Positions 39,628-55,035 of a DNA stretch of 64,000 nt are shown here, one piece after another. The notes under the pieces were generated by a model. It made no database searches. It was not told the DNA's origin and worked only from the letters and a program-made list of their open reading frames with translations. Origin of the DNA: Octopus vulgaris (lineage: Eukaryota); NCBI GenBank assembly GCA_951406725.2, contig OX597834.1, forward strand, positions 39,370,001 to 39,434,000, given 5' to 3'. The position numbers were made by a program, and so were the translations under genes. Within the stretch, counting starts at the first letter, position 1, and every line of letters begins with the position of its first letter.

Positions 39628-40264
39628 GTGTGTGTGCGTGTGTGCCTGCATGACTCTAAAACTATACCAATTACACCATTGTGCATAATAGAATTTCTCT
39701 CCTAAGGACATTGTGGAATGCAATTTTAAGAAAGAAAGAAAAAAAGGAGAAAAAAACTGACAAAAGAATACCCAAAGGAGAATCGAAATTAAAGAGGTGG
39801 AAATTATTGATTGATGACCAAGAGATCAATGTTAGCGGACGATATGAAATTATTGAAGGAAGGTCAAGATATATCGATATTGTTGGATGGTCGAAGCGGA
39901 TGAGAAAAAAACCTGGTAAGTTAAATACAGAGGATTTGATTATATTATCCGGGACTACAAAATATAGACATATATTATAGAAAGCGTTCTGACCCCTTTA
40001 TTTAAGCCTTGTCGAAAATATTGGTTATTTCAAAAAAAATAATTCAACAGATTACAAATAATTTTATTGCCGCCATTTAAGCCAGAAATCGTAGCTAGGT
40101 CTTCCTCGAATTAATATTTTTACTCCGTTGAGTAATCAAAAAGAAATGGCATTTGCTGGATAACTTTATCCTATTCTATATTCAAGTGATGAGGAATTAT
40201 GTACATTATTTACATTTACGTTATTTACATTTGACGGGTATTTGTCCACATCGTGTTTGTTGTT

Positions 40265-40310
40265 AATACAACGTTTCGGCTGATATACTCTCCAGCCTTC
40301 ATCAGGTGTC
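40265..40310 (-). ncRNA. Minimal type-I hammerhead ribozyme, canonical core
   Basis: gacac-CTGATGA-a-ggctg gagagtatat cagcc-GAAA-CG-T-T-gtatt. Confidence 0.75.
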
Positions 40311-40386
40311 TTGGGGAAATTTCGAACCTGGGTTCTCATTCCTAAGGTATTTTGCGATGTTATTATTCCAGGCAGTGACCTGAATG

Positions 40387-40534
<148 letters not shown>

Positions 40535-40583
40535 CATCGAAAAATACATTTGGAATGAGAACCCTGGTACAAAATTTCTCCAA

Positions 40584-40629
40584 GAAACCTGATGAAGGCT
40601 GAAGGGTATATCAGATGAAACGTTGTGTT
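40584..40629 (+). ncRNA. Second copy of the same hammerhead, stem II damaged
   Basis: gaaac-CTGATGA-aggctgaagggtatatcagat-GAAA-CG-T-T-gtgtt. Confidence 0.55.
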
Positions 40630-41006
40630 AACAACAAACAAGATGAGGACAAATATCCATCAAATCTAAATAATGTAAATAACGTGAATAATGCAAATAA
40701 TGAACTCTATCCTAGATATACAGATTGAGGAGACAGTGATTGATGAGTCATACCTTTGGTCATAGTTCTATCTGTACCAGGGTCGATTCGGGCCTAGCTA
40801 AACTTTAGAACCTTATCGTTACTGCCTTTGTATCATAGACCGTCAATATCTTTGGAGTAACGCAGAGAGGGATTCTAACAAGCGTATTATTTTTAACTTC
40901 AGTCAAGGACCAACGTAAGATCTACATCTGGGACACGAAGTATTTTGATCAGCCGCGACAGAATCTGTGAATTGGCGGACTGAAAAACCTTGCTGAATTA
41001 ACTTCC

Positions 41007-41037
<31 letters not shown>

Positions 41038-41091
41038 TGTATGTATGTATGTATGTATGTATGTATGTATATATGTGTGTGTGTGTATATT

Positions 41092-41160
<69 letters not shown>

Positions 41161-41165
41161 ATCTA

Positions 41166-41211
<46 letters not shown>

Positions 41212-41212
<1 letters not shown>

Positions 41213-41478
41213 TAGAAGAAATGAGGTACTCAGAAATCCGGATGGTTGTTTTTATTAACAGATATTTATGAGTATGTTACATGTTTTTATACATCATATA
41301 CCATATATCAGCGCTTTCGTCCATTCTAGTGGAGTCTTGGACGAAAGTGCTAATATATGATATATGTTGTGTAAAAACACGTAACATACCATACTAATAA
41401 ATATCAGTAAATATAAAACCATCCAGATTTCTGAGTACCTCATTTCTTCTAATATATAATACCTGTACATCATCTCCA
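41212..41478 (+). mobile_element. Fold-back element (about 112-bp arms, 14-nt loop) with half hammerhead
   Basis: Arms 41212-41323 and 41338-41452; gtc ttg gac-GAAA-G(T/C)GC-T; 26-nt extension then (TA)n. Confidence 0.7.
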
Positions 41479-41725
41479 AATATATATATATATATATCAA
41501 GAGAGGAGATTCGAAAAGTTTGGGGGTATTTTTCGTATTATTTATACGCCATTTTCTAATTTCCTGTTTTCTTGTTTTGATAGGTAATTTTTTTTTGCAA
41601 AAATTATTTTCCACCATTTTTCAACTCTTGTGCACACCTCACACAACTACTGGAGTACGCTGATGTACTTCAAGAGAACACACCTTGGACTATTACATAC
41701 ATATATGCAAAAAATTTTCTGTCTG

Positions 41726-41825
<100 letters not shown>

Positions 41826-42298
41826 ACTATCTATCTTTCTAGCCATGTATCTATCTATCATACATATGCGTTTATGTATATGTATGTGTGTGTATACGTA
41901 TGTAAGTATGTAAGTATGTAAGTATGTAAGTATACCTGTATGCATGCATGTATGTATGTACGTTATGTATGTATGTATGTATGTATGTATGTATGTATGT
42001 ATGTATTTATGTATGTATGTATGTATGCATGCATGTATGTATGCATGCATGCATGTATGTATGTATTAATATCCTGTGTTCAAGTTCCGAAGAAATCGAC
42101 TCTTATTCTTCGAGGGTTGAAGAATCGAAATACCAGTCATATACCAGGGTAAACTTAATCGATTCTCTCCAAATATTGGCTTCTATAAGAAGATATTATT
42201 TCGCTAATAAAGGCTGGAAACATCGAAACTTTCTATTATTTTGTTTTACACAATCTTGTGGACTTAGATGCAAAAGTCACGCATTCATTCACCGATGC

Positions 42299-42357
<59 letters not shown>

Positions 42358-42401
42358 TACACATCCATCTATATATATGTAATTCTATATGTATATGTAT
42401 A

Positions 42402-42449
<48 letters not shown>

Positions 42450-42483
42450 AACACAAACACACACATACACACACACATATATA

Positions 42484-42531
<48 letters not shown>

Positions 42532-42727
42532 GGTATGTATATAATATATATTATATATAGAAGGAAAAAGGAGAGAAATAAGGAATGACAGACAAACAGA
42601 CAGACAGATAACAAGGTAGATAGATAGATAGAATTATAAATACATTGAAATTGCTGGAAATATAGATATATAAAATATATTTGTTTATGCACACACAAAC
42701 ACATACACACATACATATGTGTGAGTG

Positions 42728-42844
<117 letters not shown>

Positions 42845-42985
42845 ATGTACATATAAATATATATATTTATATATATTTATCTATTTACGCATTTATTTAT
42901 TTATTTACACTCACACACGTATATAAATGCATGTATACTTATGAAAGTATATATACGAGTTATGTATGCATGTATGCATGTATGA

Positions 42986-43049
<64 letters not shown>

Positions 43050-43192
43050 CATACATATATATATGGAGAGAGAGAGATGTATTTATGTATATAGCATATT
43101 CATAGAGAGATAGATGGGCATTATGTATGCAGTACCAAGTGTATAGATAAATACACACACACACACACACATGTATTTATATATATGTATAC

Positions 43193-43252
<60 letters not shown>

Positions 43253-43737
43253 TGAAATTGTCCGTCTACCTCTACACCTTGATATGAATAGTTACATAAT
43301 ATCCCGTGGAAAGAGTTCACCACAAATGATAGCACACACTACATATATATATATATATATATATATCCTCTTACTTTGAGACACATATTATGTAAGTACA
43401 TGTGTGTAAGTGTATATGCATGTATGTGTGTGGTTTGTGCATATTCCTGGTATGTGAATTCTGGAGAAGACTTGGCCCCCAGCATTATCTCCCCTTCTCA
43501 CTTGTTGTTGGTCATAATTGCTACTGACTGATTATTCTATGTTCTCTGGAAATGGAAATAACTTCAGTAAATGAAGAATTAATGTTGTATATCGTTTTTT
43601 TTTAAATATATATATATATTTTTTTAAATATTTAAGAGAAATGCAAGCTCATTTGCCCGTTGATGATCGATTGAGAATAAATCTTACTTCTGGACATTGG
43701 AGCCTTTCACTTATAATGTATAACATATACATGCTTG

Positions 43738-43771
<34 letters not shown>

Positions 43772-43775
43772 TACA

Positions 43776-43829
<54 letters not shown>

Positions 43830-43917
43830 CACATATGTTTGTATATATACATATATACACAATATATATATTTATATATATGCATATACACATATGTTTG
43901 TATATATACATATATAC

Positions 43918-43963
<46 letters not shown>

Positions 43964-43974
43964 CATACACATAC

Positions 43975-44075
<101 letters not shown>

Positions 44076-44214
44076 TTAATTAGATATAGATAGATAGACA
44101 CAGTCACACACACATACACACACACATATTTTACTGCGAAGGTTTTGTTAAGCAGCGTCGATTTTTACAATTCTGTAAATAATAATAATAGTATTTTATA
44201 AGCTTTAAGCTTAT

Positions 44215-44253
<39 letters not shown>

Positions 44254-45564
44254 TTCCTGTTGGTGTAAAGTTTTATTTACCTGTACCTGTCTTATATGAT
44301 TCTATTTTCCTACCTCACCTCGAGCGAAAATATTTTTCATGTAACCAAACAAAATTTTAAATATTCAGCCTCTATGATACGAAAATACCTTCTTTTATTT
44401 TTTTCTTCTTCTTTGCCCGGGCCCATACTCTGATATTTTTTCTCATTTCTTTTTTAAAAATAAAATATAATACCATAAAATAAATAAAAATAAAAAAGAA
44501 TAAAAATCTAAATTTACCAGTTCTACTCATTAACATGTTTAATCGTTCCACTGTACTTGGCAACATTCTTTGATTTTGTAACTATATTTCCATATAAAGA
44601 AGAATTCTTCAATGGAATTCTGCTATGGTGGTGCCCAATAAAGACGAACATTATCATGAATTGTGTTTTTCTCAGCTCAAAGACTGCTCAGTATGTTCCT
44701 TCTCCATGGCGTATTCTTGCGTTATCAATCACAGCAATTTTGTTTTCAATCATCACAGAAGCCAGATTTTCGTCAATAAATTTGGACCATTAAAGGCGAA
44801 TTGATGGTTCCTTCTAGCAATCAATGTGGCAATAACACCATTAATATTGATCGCTATTCGGTGGAGGGGTGATGGGAAAAACATTTCTTTGTTTACTATC
44901 TTGTGCTGAAATCAAAGATATAACACTGAGAGGTGACCATCCATAGTTCGATGAAACAAATAAATTGGCTCGTGTTTCATCCCACTAAATTTTTTTTTTT
45001 TTTTTACAAAAAATAATAAAGATCTTTATTGCTTCTTTGTGTGATAGCGTCAAGAGAAGATTTTCGACAAAGTATCACCGTATCTGAGATTCTTTCAATG
45101 GGCATTCGCTAGTAACCTCCCTTTATTTCCCTCTTCACTGCTTCACAGTTTCATGTTTATTTTCCCTTCCAGAATATTCAAAATGGAAGATGGGACTTCA
45201 ATGGCCAATAGATATATTTTTATTTGTTCTAAGGAAGAAGTTGATTGGTTGAATCTATATTCTCTAAATATCGTTATTCATGGCAGTTATTTTCTCCCGA
45301 TTTGCGTTCACAGAAACTGTTCAATATGTTAGGACTGTTTAACAATTTGCAGGAACTCCAACTATGATCGCTGGACGAACTAGAAATAGTAGCAAAATTC
45401 CCTAAAATCACAAGTACCATCTTACAGAAAGGATTTTAAAAAACACAAAAAAATGTACACACGCACACATATACGTACACGTACACACAATCACTCACGC
45501 ATACATATGTATGTGAGTGTACGTATATATATATATATATATAAGATTACTGATAGTCACGAAT

Positions 45565-46560
45565 GATAACATCTCCTGCGAAGCTTTGGTATCGGACAAA
45601 GCAGTCTGTCATAGAAAAATTTACACCTGAAGAATACGGACAGCTTCCACAAATCTTTGGTCCAGCCGGCCTGGTTTGGGATAAACTCTACAGGCGCAGT
45701 AATGCTATCAGGTGGGCCTCTCCGAGATGCGTACAGAGCAATGGAATTGTTCGTTGAATGAGCATTGGTGATTTATGAGTTATGTGGAACAGCTGTTGTT
45801 GAATTGTTTGTTAGCTCAGTCCATCTTGAGTTGTTTACTCAGTTCATACAGAACTGGTTGCCAGCTCAGTCCATCTCAAGGCTCAACGATCCCTGCTTTC
45901 TTTGGCCGACAAAAACACGCAGTTCTTCCCTGCATTGCAGTTTCGGTGAAACAGGCTGAATGGTAGCCAAGATTAAAAGACAATCCTTCTCTTTGATCCA
46001 CCATCAAATTTTCCTAGTTCAAATTGAAGAGGGCTGAAAAAGAAAGAAGGGCTGCCCTCGGGTCCGTCTTTGTAGCATTATAGTCCTGCGAGCAAGTCAA
46101 TGCACTGGGCCTTATGATATTTATTTTCTGACAGCAAACCACAGCATACATAGATCAGAATTGGGTCCCCTAGACCAGTAAGACCCCCAGGAAATTGCTT
46201 TAAAGCGGAACTAGCTGCCCCCCAGTAAATTGATCAAAATATGGGGTTAGTTGTGAGTATGGCCTAATGAATATGCTGACATACTGCATGTTCTAGTCAG
46301 CTGGAGAACAAAACTAGGGGAGAGCACATACACGTAGCAGACAGCATAATTCCTGATAAGTAGTGCTTCCTGATTGGTCCCAAGTGGTTTCACCTCCACC
46401 CCACCCTTTCTATTGAGATGTTTCATTGCCTTACAATTATATTCTGGTTTCCAGGTTTTCTCATGTTGGATTCTATGGAAACTTCCTTTGTTTTTCTGTA
46501 GCTTGACTTTGTGATGTGTTACTATCTTTTAATGCCCTTGTGGCAAAGAAAATATTAAAC
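45565..46560 (+). pseudogene. Old, degenerate L1/Tx1 3' fragment related to 24005-25028
   Basis: gggataaactctacag, ccgagatgcgtacagagc, ttatgtggaacagctg and terminal gcccttgtggc align to the younger copy. Confidence 0.7.
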
Positions 46561-46591
46561 AAAGAATTAGATTGGATGCACATACATGATA

Positions 46592-46752
46592 CATAGATAG
46601 ATATATATATATATAGAGAGAGCTAGATAGATAGATAGATGGATAGATAGATAGATAGGTAGATAGAAAGATAGATAGATAGAAAGATAGATAGATAGAT
46701 AAATAGAAAGATAGAGAGATAGACAGACGGACAGATAGACAGACAGACAGAT

Positions 46753-46830
<78 letters not shown>

Positions 46831-46858
46831 TTAGATAGATAGGTAGGTAGGTAGGTAT

Positions 46859-46945
<87 letters not shown>
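46592..46945. repeat. (GATA)n
   Basis: Visible. Confidence 0.95.
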
Positions 46946-47244
46946 TCTGTACATATGTATGTGATCGTTTAAATATATATAAATAGATATATATGTATTT
47001 GTGTGCCTGTGTGTTGTATGTACGTATATCTATCTAAATGTGTGCGTACGTATCTAGCGGAAGTGGTAAGTGATATTTGAAGATTTTTATGATTTCTTCT
47101 TCCCCGGAGACACTTGTCTAAGAGTGGATTCATTTGTAATTTTTTTAATCAGATTCTAGACGCATTTCTGTGTGCTATGTGAATACATACACACACATAA
47201 GTACATACATACACACATACATACATATATACATACATTTTTTA

Positions 47245-47596
47245 AACGCGTCTGTATAAATCACATGTTTGCTTCTAACCCACAAACAGTCTATAGAAAG
47301 ATGAGAAAGGAGAATATTACCGCTTGCAAAGCCCCCTCTCAAGATCTTGAATGATTCTCGTTGAAAATCTGGAACGAAAAGAGAAATCTTAACCTCAATG
47401 CATCGTGATTAAATGCAGTAAAAAGAGAATACTGTATCAAGGTCAACGGTGAAACGTATGCAATAGACCCGGAAATTTCCACCATATCTGTAGCCAAACT
47501 GCATTATGGGAAGGCACCTGGAGGGGATCAAATAGTTGGATGCTGGTATAAGATGCTGGCGTTTTACTGGAAGCCGTTAATAAATATATTCAAACA
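47245..47596 (+). pseudogene. R4/Dong-like pre-RT fragment
   Basis: RINHMFASNPQTVYRKM...KIWN...GKAPGGDQIVGCWYKML (KAPG.D RT domain 0). Confidence 0.7.
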
Positions 47597-48084
47597 TCTT
47601 GGGCAAGTGTCTTCTGCTATAGCCTCGAGCCGACCAATGCCTTGTGAGTGGATTTGGTAGACGGACGGAAACTGAAAGAAGCCTGTCGTATATATGTATA
47701 TATATATGTATGTATGTGTGTGTGTAAATGTACAAACTGATTACAAGCCGCCTCAACCAATTTCCCCCATGATCATTGGAAGCCGAACGACATAGTGACT
47801 GATGAGCAGGCCCTTGGAAAGAAGGCAATGTGGGGATGTGCAGAGCAACTTCTACTAAACGAAGCTGGGTACTGCTTGAGAACACTGTGGCCATGCTGGG
47901 GCACCGCCTTCAAGAATTTTATAGTCGAATGAATCGACCCCTGTATTTATCTAATATTTAATGCTGTTACTTATTCTACCGTTTTCTTTTGCCGAACTGC
48001 TAAGTTACGGTGACGTAAACATACCAACATCGGTGGGAACGACAAACACAAATACATACACACACACACACGCATATGTATATA

Positions 48085-48135
<51 letters not shown>

Positions 48136-48281
48136 GACGGACTTCTTTCAGTTTCTGTCAAACAAATCTACTCACAAGGCTATAGTAGAAGACACTTGCC
48201 CAATGTGCCACGCAGTGGCACTGAACCCAGAGTCATTTGGTTGGGAAACAAGCTTCTTACCACACAGCCAAGCCTGCGCCT
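47597..48281. mobile_element. Two family B SINEs in opposite orientation (47597-47695 +, 47886-48281 -)
   Basis: Match to B consensus. Confidence 0.85.
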
Positions 48282-48295
48282 CTATCTATCTATCA

Positions 48296-48365
<70 letters not shown>

Positions 48366-48372
48366 TTATCTA

Positions 48373-48413
<41 letters not shown>

Positions 48414-48786
48414 TTTTACTTTCCAAACGCCCTGTAAGAGATAAATACTACGCACTTTTACAACCGTACACACGTATATATATGTTTGTGTGTGTGTGTG
48501 TATTGTGGGTTTTTTTTTTTTTTACTATTTACCATACGGCGACATTCCAACTCTTCAACTGCCAAAGTTCGTTTTCTTCAGATTCACACTCGCTTGACGT
48601 GTGTGCGTATACATCTGTGTGAGTGAGTGTGTGTATGTGGTAACATATGTACATATGCATATATGTCGGAATATATATATATATACATAAATATACGTAC
48701 ATACCTGAATATATATATATATATGCTTGCAAACAAACATATATACATATATAGATATGTGATTGGGCTGTAGTCATAGTAGTATT

Positions 48787-48798
48787 GGTAGTAGTAGT

Positions 48799-48853
<55 letters not shown>

Positions 48854-48936
48854 CTAGTAGTAGTTGCAGCAGTAGCAGCAGTAGTAGTGGCAGTAGTAGT
48901 AGCAGTAGTAGTAGTATCAGCAGCAGTAGTAGTGGC

Positions 48937-48969
<33 letters not shown>

Positions 48970-48986
48970 TATAGTGGCAGTAGTTT

Positions 48987-49022
<36 letters not shown>

Positions 49023-49029
49023 CAGCAGC

Positions 49030-49086
<57 letters not shown>
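48787..49086. repeat. (GTA)n/(GCA)n
   Basis: Visible. Confidence 0.95.
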
Positions 49087-49088
<2 letters not shown>

Positions 49089-49593
49089 CAAGAGTGTAGC
49101 TTTATTCTGTTGAGCGTTAACATGGTGCTGTTGTTGGGGGGGGGGAGGTAGCGGTGTAAGTTGTGTCGATTGCGATGGCAGTAGCAGCAGCAGCAAGAAA
49201 AAAAAAAAAAAAAAAAGATGGTAGCCCGACAAATAGCTTAGAAAGACTTCCGGCCAACAAGGAATTATGGGACTATAAAATCTGTTTATTGTTCACACCA
49301 ATGATATCGCAGGAACGTTAGATAGTAATAACGATAACTGTGCAAGGATGGATTTTCTGGGGGGTGGGGATAAGGGTGGCGGATCTGGGGGGATACGTTC
49401 CAATACTCCTATAAATGTAATACGAATTGAGAAGAATGGGATAAGAGATACACGAACATCAATTGATGTATAATACGACTGCGTATATAAACATACACAC
49501 ACGTTTATATACACGTTCTCATGACTGTGTATACACACACACGCATATACATGCACACAAGCACACGCACACACATATATGTGTATGTATGTT

Positions 49594-49638
<45 letters not shown>

Positions 49639-49793
49639 TGTGTGTGCGTGTGCGTCTGTGCATGTGTGTGTATAGGAAAATTCTTTCTTTTTTTTTTGTC
49701 ATTCGAACCACAGTTCACGAAACACTCGGAAAGTTTCAAGATGAGTTCGATTGTTCCAAAAGAATGTATGTATATATATAGCAGCCCTATTAG

Positions 49794-49917
<124 letters not shown>

Positions 49918-50021
49918 CAAAAAAAGAAAGAGACCTCAATATTATGTATAGAGGAAATTTATCTATACAATATGTTCATATTGTATAGATATATCTATAT
50001 ATATATATATATATATATATA

Positions 50022-50199
50022 CTAAGTAATTACCACACACCGAATTTAGAAATAGCAGTCAAAGAGTTTTGGCTATTCTTTCTACTTAAAAGGGAGATCC
50101 CAGTAAAACCACAGCACTTAAAAAGCAAACAACGCAGGCAAAAGAGAAAGAAATAACGACAATCATTCTATATTAAGTGACCTACGGACGTACGTTTCG
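50022..50199 (-). mobile_element. Probable Penelope-like tail in (TA)n, truncated inside a hammerhead
   Basis: Minus strand begins cGAAA-CGTACG-T-C (palindromic stem III, GUC site); (TA)n on both flanks. Confidence 0.5.
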
Positions 50200-50506
50200 T
50201 ATATATATATATACATATATACATATATATATGTGTGTGTGTTTACAAACACACCTACACGTATCCTTATGTATAGACGTGCATACATTTTTCTGCTTAG
50301 CCCTGACTTTCCTGCGTGTATGACCTTGGAACAACATGTACGACGTCTTCGAGTGTCGTTTTAGCGGTGTCTGTATTCACAAGTAGACACCGGCCCCATG
50401 TCTGCTATAAATCCCATCATAGTCCTAGCGGAAGTGACTTGCTTAGCTGACCCACGAAATTAACATACGATCTTATGCTAATGAGACCGCATATACACAA
50501 ACACGC

Positions 50507-50730
50507 GAGCTGGCAGAAACGTTAGCACGCCGGGCGAAATGCGTGGCCGTATTTCATCTGTCGTTACGTTCTGAGTACAAATTCCGCCGAGGTCGACTTT
50601 GCCTTTCATCCTTTCGGGGTCGATAAATTAAGTACCAGTTGCGCACTGGGGTCGATGTAATCGACTTAATCCGTTTGTCTGTCCTTGTTTGTCCTCTCTG
50701 TGTTTAGCCCCTTGTGGGTAGTAAAGAAAT
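50507..50730 (+). mobile_element. Near full-length SINE family C, 16-bp TSD atatacacaaacacgc
   Basis: TSD 50491-50506 and 50731-50746. Confidence 0.92.
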
Positions 50731-50739
50731 ATATACACA

Positions 50740-50783
<44 letters not shown>

Positions 50784-50819
50784 CACGCACACGCGCAGAC
50801 GCACGCATATACATGCATA

Positions 50820-51049
50820 AGAGTAGGTGCTAAAAAGTTGCTGGCTTTGAATAAAAGAAAATACAGAAGGAAAATGCAGGAGGATGAGTTAATTATGATT
50901 TCATTCAACATATTTCCTTCCCAGATTCACACACTTATTGCAGAGGTCCTTCAGTTTTTCTAAGCCCTGTAACAGAACACAGAGGATTGAGTCTCCAGCC
51001 TGGCCTCTCACGGCTCCCTTAAAGCCAGGAACTTTACAATACTCCTTCG
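50820..51049 (-). mobile_element. Mariner-derived MITE, TA TSD
   Basis: TIR cores aaagttgctggcttt / aaagccaggaacttt; minus strand LQGLEKLKDLCNKCVNLGRKYVE* is a mariner C-terminus. Confidence 0.8.
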
Positions 51050-51115
51050 TATATAACGTATTATATGTACATACACACATGATATATATATATATATATA
51101 TACACATAAATATAT

Positions 51116-51288
51116 AGGCGCAAGAGCGGCTGAGTGGTTAGTAGCTTGCTTACCAACCACATGGTTCCTGGTTCAGTCCCACCGCATGGCGCCTTGAGCA
51201 AGTGTCTTCTGCTATAGCCCCGGGCCGACCAAAGTTTGTGAGTGGATTTGGTAGACGGAAACTGAAAGAAGCCCGTCGTATATATGTA

Positions 51289-51359
<71 letters not shown>

Positions 51360-51543
51360 ATGCTCGTATGCCTGTGTTTGTACCCCCAACATCGCTTGAC
51401 AACCGATGCTGGTGTATTTACGTCCCCGTAACGTAGCGGTTCGACAAAAGTCACCGATAGAATAAGTACTAAGCTTAAAAAGAATAAGTCGTGGGGTCGA
51501 TTTGCATAGCCGCAGTCAAATGACTGAAACAAGTAAAAGAGTA
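51116..51543 (+). mobile_element. SINE family B
   Basis: Head, internal (TG)n and tail. Confidence 0.9.
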
Positions 51544-51546
51544 TAT

Positions 51547-51579
<33 letters not shown>

Positions 51580-51580
<1 letters not shown>

Positions 51581-52010
51581 GAGCTGGCAGAAAGGTTAGC
51601 GGTATTTCGTCTGTCGTTACGTTCTGAGTTCAAATTCCGCCGAGGTCGACTTTGCCTTGTGAGTGGATTTGGTAGACGAAAACTGAAAGAAGCCTGTCGT
51701 ATATATGTATATGCATGTATGTGTGTTTGTGTGTCTGTGTTTGTCCCCCTAGCATTGCTTGACAACCGATGCTAGAATAAGTACTGATAGAATAAGTACT
51801 GGGCTTACAAAGAATAAGTCAGAAAGGTTAGCGGTATTTCGTCTGTCGTTACGTTCTGAGTTCAAATTCCGCCGAGGTCGACTTTGCCTTTCATTCTTTC
51901 GGGGTCGATAAATAAAGTACCAGTTTCGCACTGGGGTATGTAATCCTTAATCCCTTTGTCTGTCCTTGTTTGTCCTCTCTATGTTTAGCCCCTTGTGGGC
52001 AGTAAAGAAA
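51580..52010 (+). mobile_element. C-B-C chimeric SINE
   Basis: C head, B middle (junction at gcctt), then repeated cagaaaggttagcggtatt C body and tail. Confidence 0.8.
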
Positions 52011-52116
52011 TATATATGGATAGATAGAGACAGAGAGACAGACATACAGATAGATGGATAGATTGATAGATATACATACATTCAAGCATGCATAAATACA
52101 TACATATAAGAATAAG

Positions 52117-52180
<64 letters not shown>

Positions 52181-52527
52181 CCGGATGTGTTAGAAACAAA
52201 TTCAAAGAATTTTTTTTTATAATATAAATACATTTGAAGTTATGTCCGTATCTACATATGCGTAGAAATATAAAAATAATTTTGTATACGTAAATGTGTG
52301 TGTGTGTGGCCTGTATGTATATATATATATATATATGTATGAATGCATAAGTGCATTTATGGCTATATATATGCACGTATGTGTGTGTATGAACCTATAA
52401 ATATATTTGTGATTATGTGTACATATGTATATATGTTTGCAAATGAATATGTGTATATATGTGTGTGAATGTATACATATATCTCTAGCTATGTGAATAT
52501 GTGTGTGTATAAATACATTTGTGTCTT

Positions 52528-52563
<36 letters not shown>

Positions 52564-53446
52564 GGTATGTATATATGCATAGTGGCGTATGAGTGATCTT
52601 GCAAACATTGTATGTATGTATGTATATAAGGGTATTTGTAGTAATGCATATGAGTGTGTGTATATATAAAAAATAAACATGCTGGTGGTCGTGGTTAGGG
52701 TAGCGTGTATAAATGTATAACTATATAGTTATACATGTGAATATGTATATATTTGTAGATAGGTATGCATGTATGTGTATATATATGTATATGTATGTAT
52801 ATATATATATGAGTGTGTAATTTGTATTTTTTTATTTTGTGTGTGTATAGTTATATTTGTAGAGCTACGTGGGTGTATAAAATTGTGAATATATTTTTGT
52901 TATATTTTGAATGTGCGTTTTGTGTATATAAATGTAAAATATTGTATACGTGTGTTGATTGTATAAATGTATTTGAATTTTTACGTGTGTGTATATACTC
53001 ATGTTTACGTGTGTGTATATACTCATACACAAGCAAATACATACACACTCATGTATGTAAATATGTATGTGTGTATGTATGTGTGTGTGTCTATACTTTA
53101 TATATATATATATACTTAAACGCGTGTATATAAGAATGCCAGTATTCATAAATGCACAGATATATATCTATATGTTTGTGTGTAGATATATATATGTATA
53201 TATGTATATATGTATATATATATATATATATATAAACACATATATATACATGCATATATAAATATATATATTTGATTTATATATATAAATGTATATATGC
53301 ATACATATATTATATATATATATGAATATATATTTGTGTGCCTGAATGATGGTATATATACATACATGTGTGTGTATGTGTGTGTGTTTTTATACACCTA
53401 CATATGATCATATGTAAATACTTTTGTCTGTATATAGGCATGTGTG

Positions 53447-53509
<63 letters not shown>

Positions 53510-54069
53510 ATAACCGAATCCCGGCAATATTTCATGCCTGTGTGTATAGAACTATGTGTGTGAGTTTTAAAAATATGTACGGACGGATGTGTGGGGGCAT
53601 TATGTCCGACAAAGAACACTCAGAAATTACTGTTGGCAATAAATATAAGTGTTTGACAACTTCTATAAGACAAACATTCAGCCTACATACATATACATCC
53701 ATCCCCACATCCCCCATATATACATATACATATACATACACACGTATATATATAGTTATATATATATGTGGTTGTATGTATCTGAAAGACCACGCCTTTC
53801 CTATAAAATCGTAGGTACTCGGTAGCTGACGCTCTGTCATCGACACCTTCAGTGGAAATAGCCTGGATGCCAAGCGATATGGGTGGCGTAGATACCAGGA
53901 ATGGCAAAATGGTAAACGTTATTACAAAGATATTATGAAGCATAAAAAGTAAAAAAAAAAAACCTATTGTTTCTTTGTAGTCTTTGAGGTTGTCTTACTA
54001 ATCACAACACGCCGGGTGAGAAGAGGAACAGTGTTAGAATTACGGTGGTAGAGATCTATGTTGTGTGTA

Positions 54070-54122
<53 letters not shown>

Positions 54123-54234
54123 ATGTATGTATATATATATATATACATTTATATATGTATGCAGGTATACATATGTGTGTGTGTGTGTAAAGTGATAAGG
54201 AAGGTCGATAGATAGATAGATAGCTAGATAGATT

Positions 54235-54315
<81 letters not shown>

Positions 54316-54544
54316 ATTTATTCGCGCATTATTACAATTAAATGACTCTACCACAAAGCAATGGGAAATCCTTTATGGGTAATCAAATCTGCTAGTAATA
54401 GTAGCCTAAAATCTTCAGCTCTCCATTGAAACATGTCAGGTTATATTGGGCGACCTGAATACAATGATTTAAAACATGATTGGATGACCATGGCTGGACT
54501 GGTTTTGATTATATCTTCCCTACAGCACACATAATAATAATAAT

Positions 54545-54625
54545 AAATGCGCCCTTTTAAAGCCTAGCCAGGGTCATGGGCCCGGTTTCCCGGTTTCTAT
54601 GGCGTATGTGTTCCCCACCTGGGAA
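54545..54625 (-). mobile_element. Tail V fragment ending in (ATT)n
   Basis: Reverse complement of about 2735-2812. Confidence 0.8.
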
Positions 54626-54867
54626 GTTCAATGTTTTTATTGTTTCCCATTGCAGTAACCCTTCAGTTACTGTTTATAATTCTGTTTCCCTCCCCTAAGC
54701 AGAATTTGGGTCCTCAAAAACAAGTCAGGGATCAAACCCTTCATTTCCTAAGCCTTAGGATGATTCGACTAACTAGAGTCAAAATCTATTAAACCTGGCC
54801 AGTTTCCTTAGATTTTTAAGTAAAACTGATCTGATATAAATGTGACTGCCAAATGTAATATATTCTC

Positions 54868-55035
54868 TCATTCTTTTACTCGTTTCAGTCATTTTACTGC
54901 GGCCATGCTGGAGCACCGTCTTAAACGCTCTTAGTCTAAGAAATATATATATACAATGGACGTCTTTCAGTTTCCGTCTACCAAATCCACGCAGTAGGAC
55001 TGAACCCGGAACCATGTGGTTGGGGAAGCAAGTTT
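54868..55035 (-). mobile_element. Internally deleted SINE B
   Basis: Tail end and head pieces present. Confidence 0.75.

Noticed and set aside
53815-53911. Possible 97-nt exon with one open frame
   Set aside because: Acceptor lacks a polypyrimidine tract, the donor is modest and the peptide is unrecognised.
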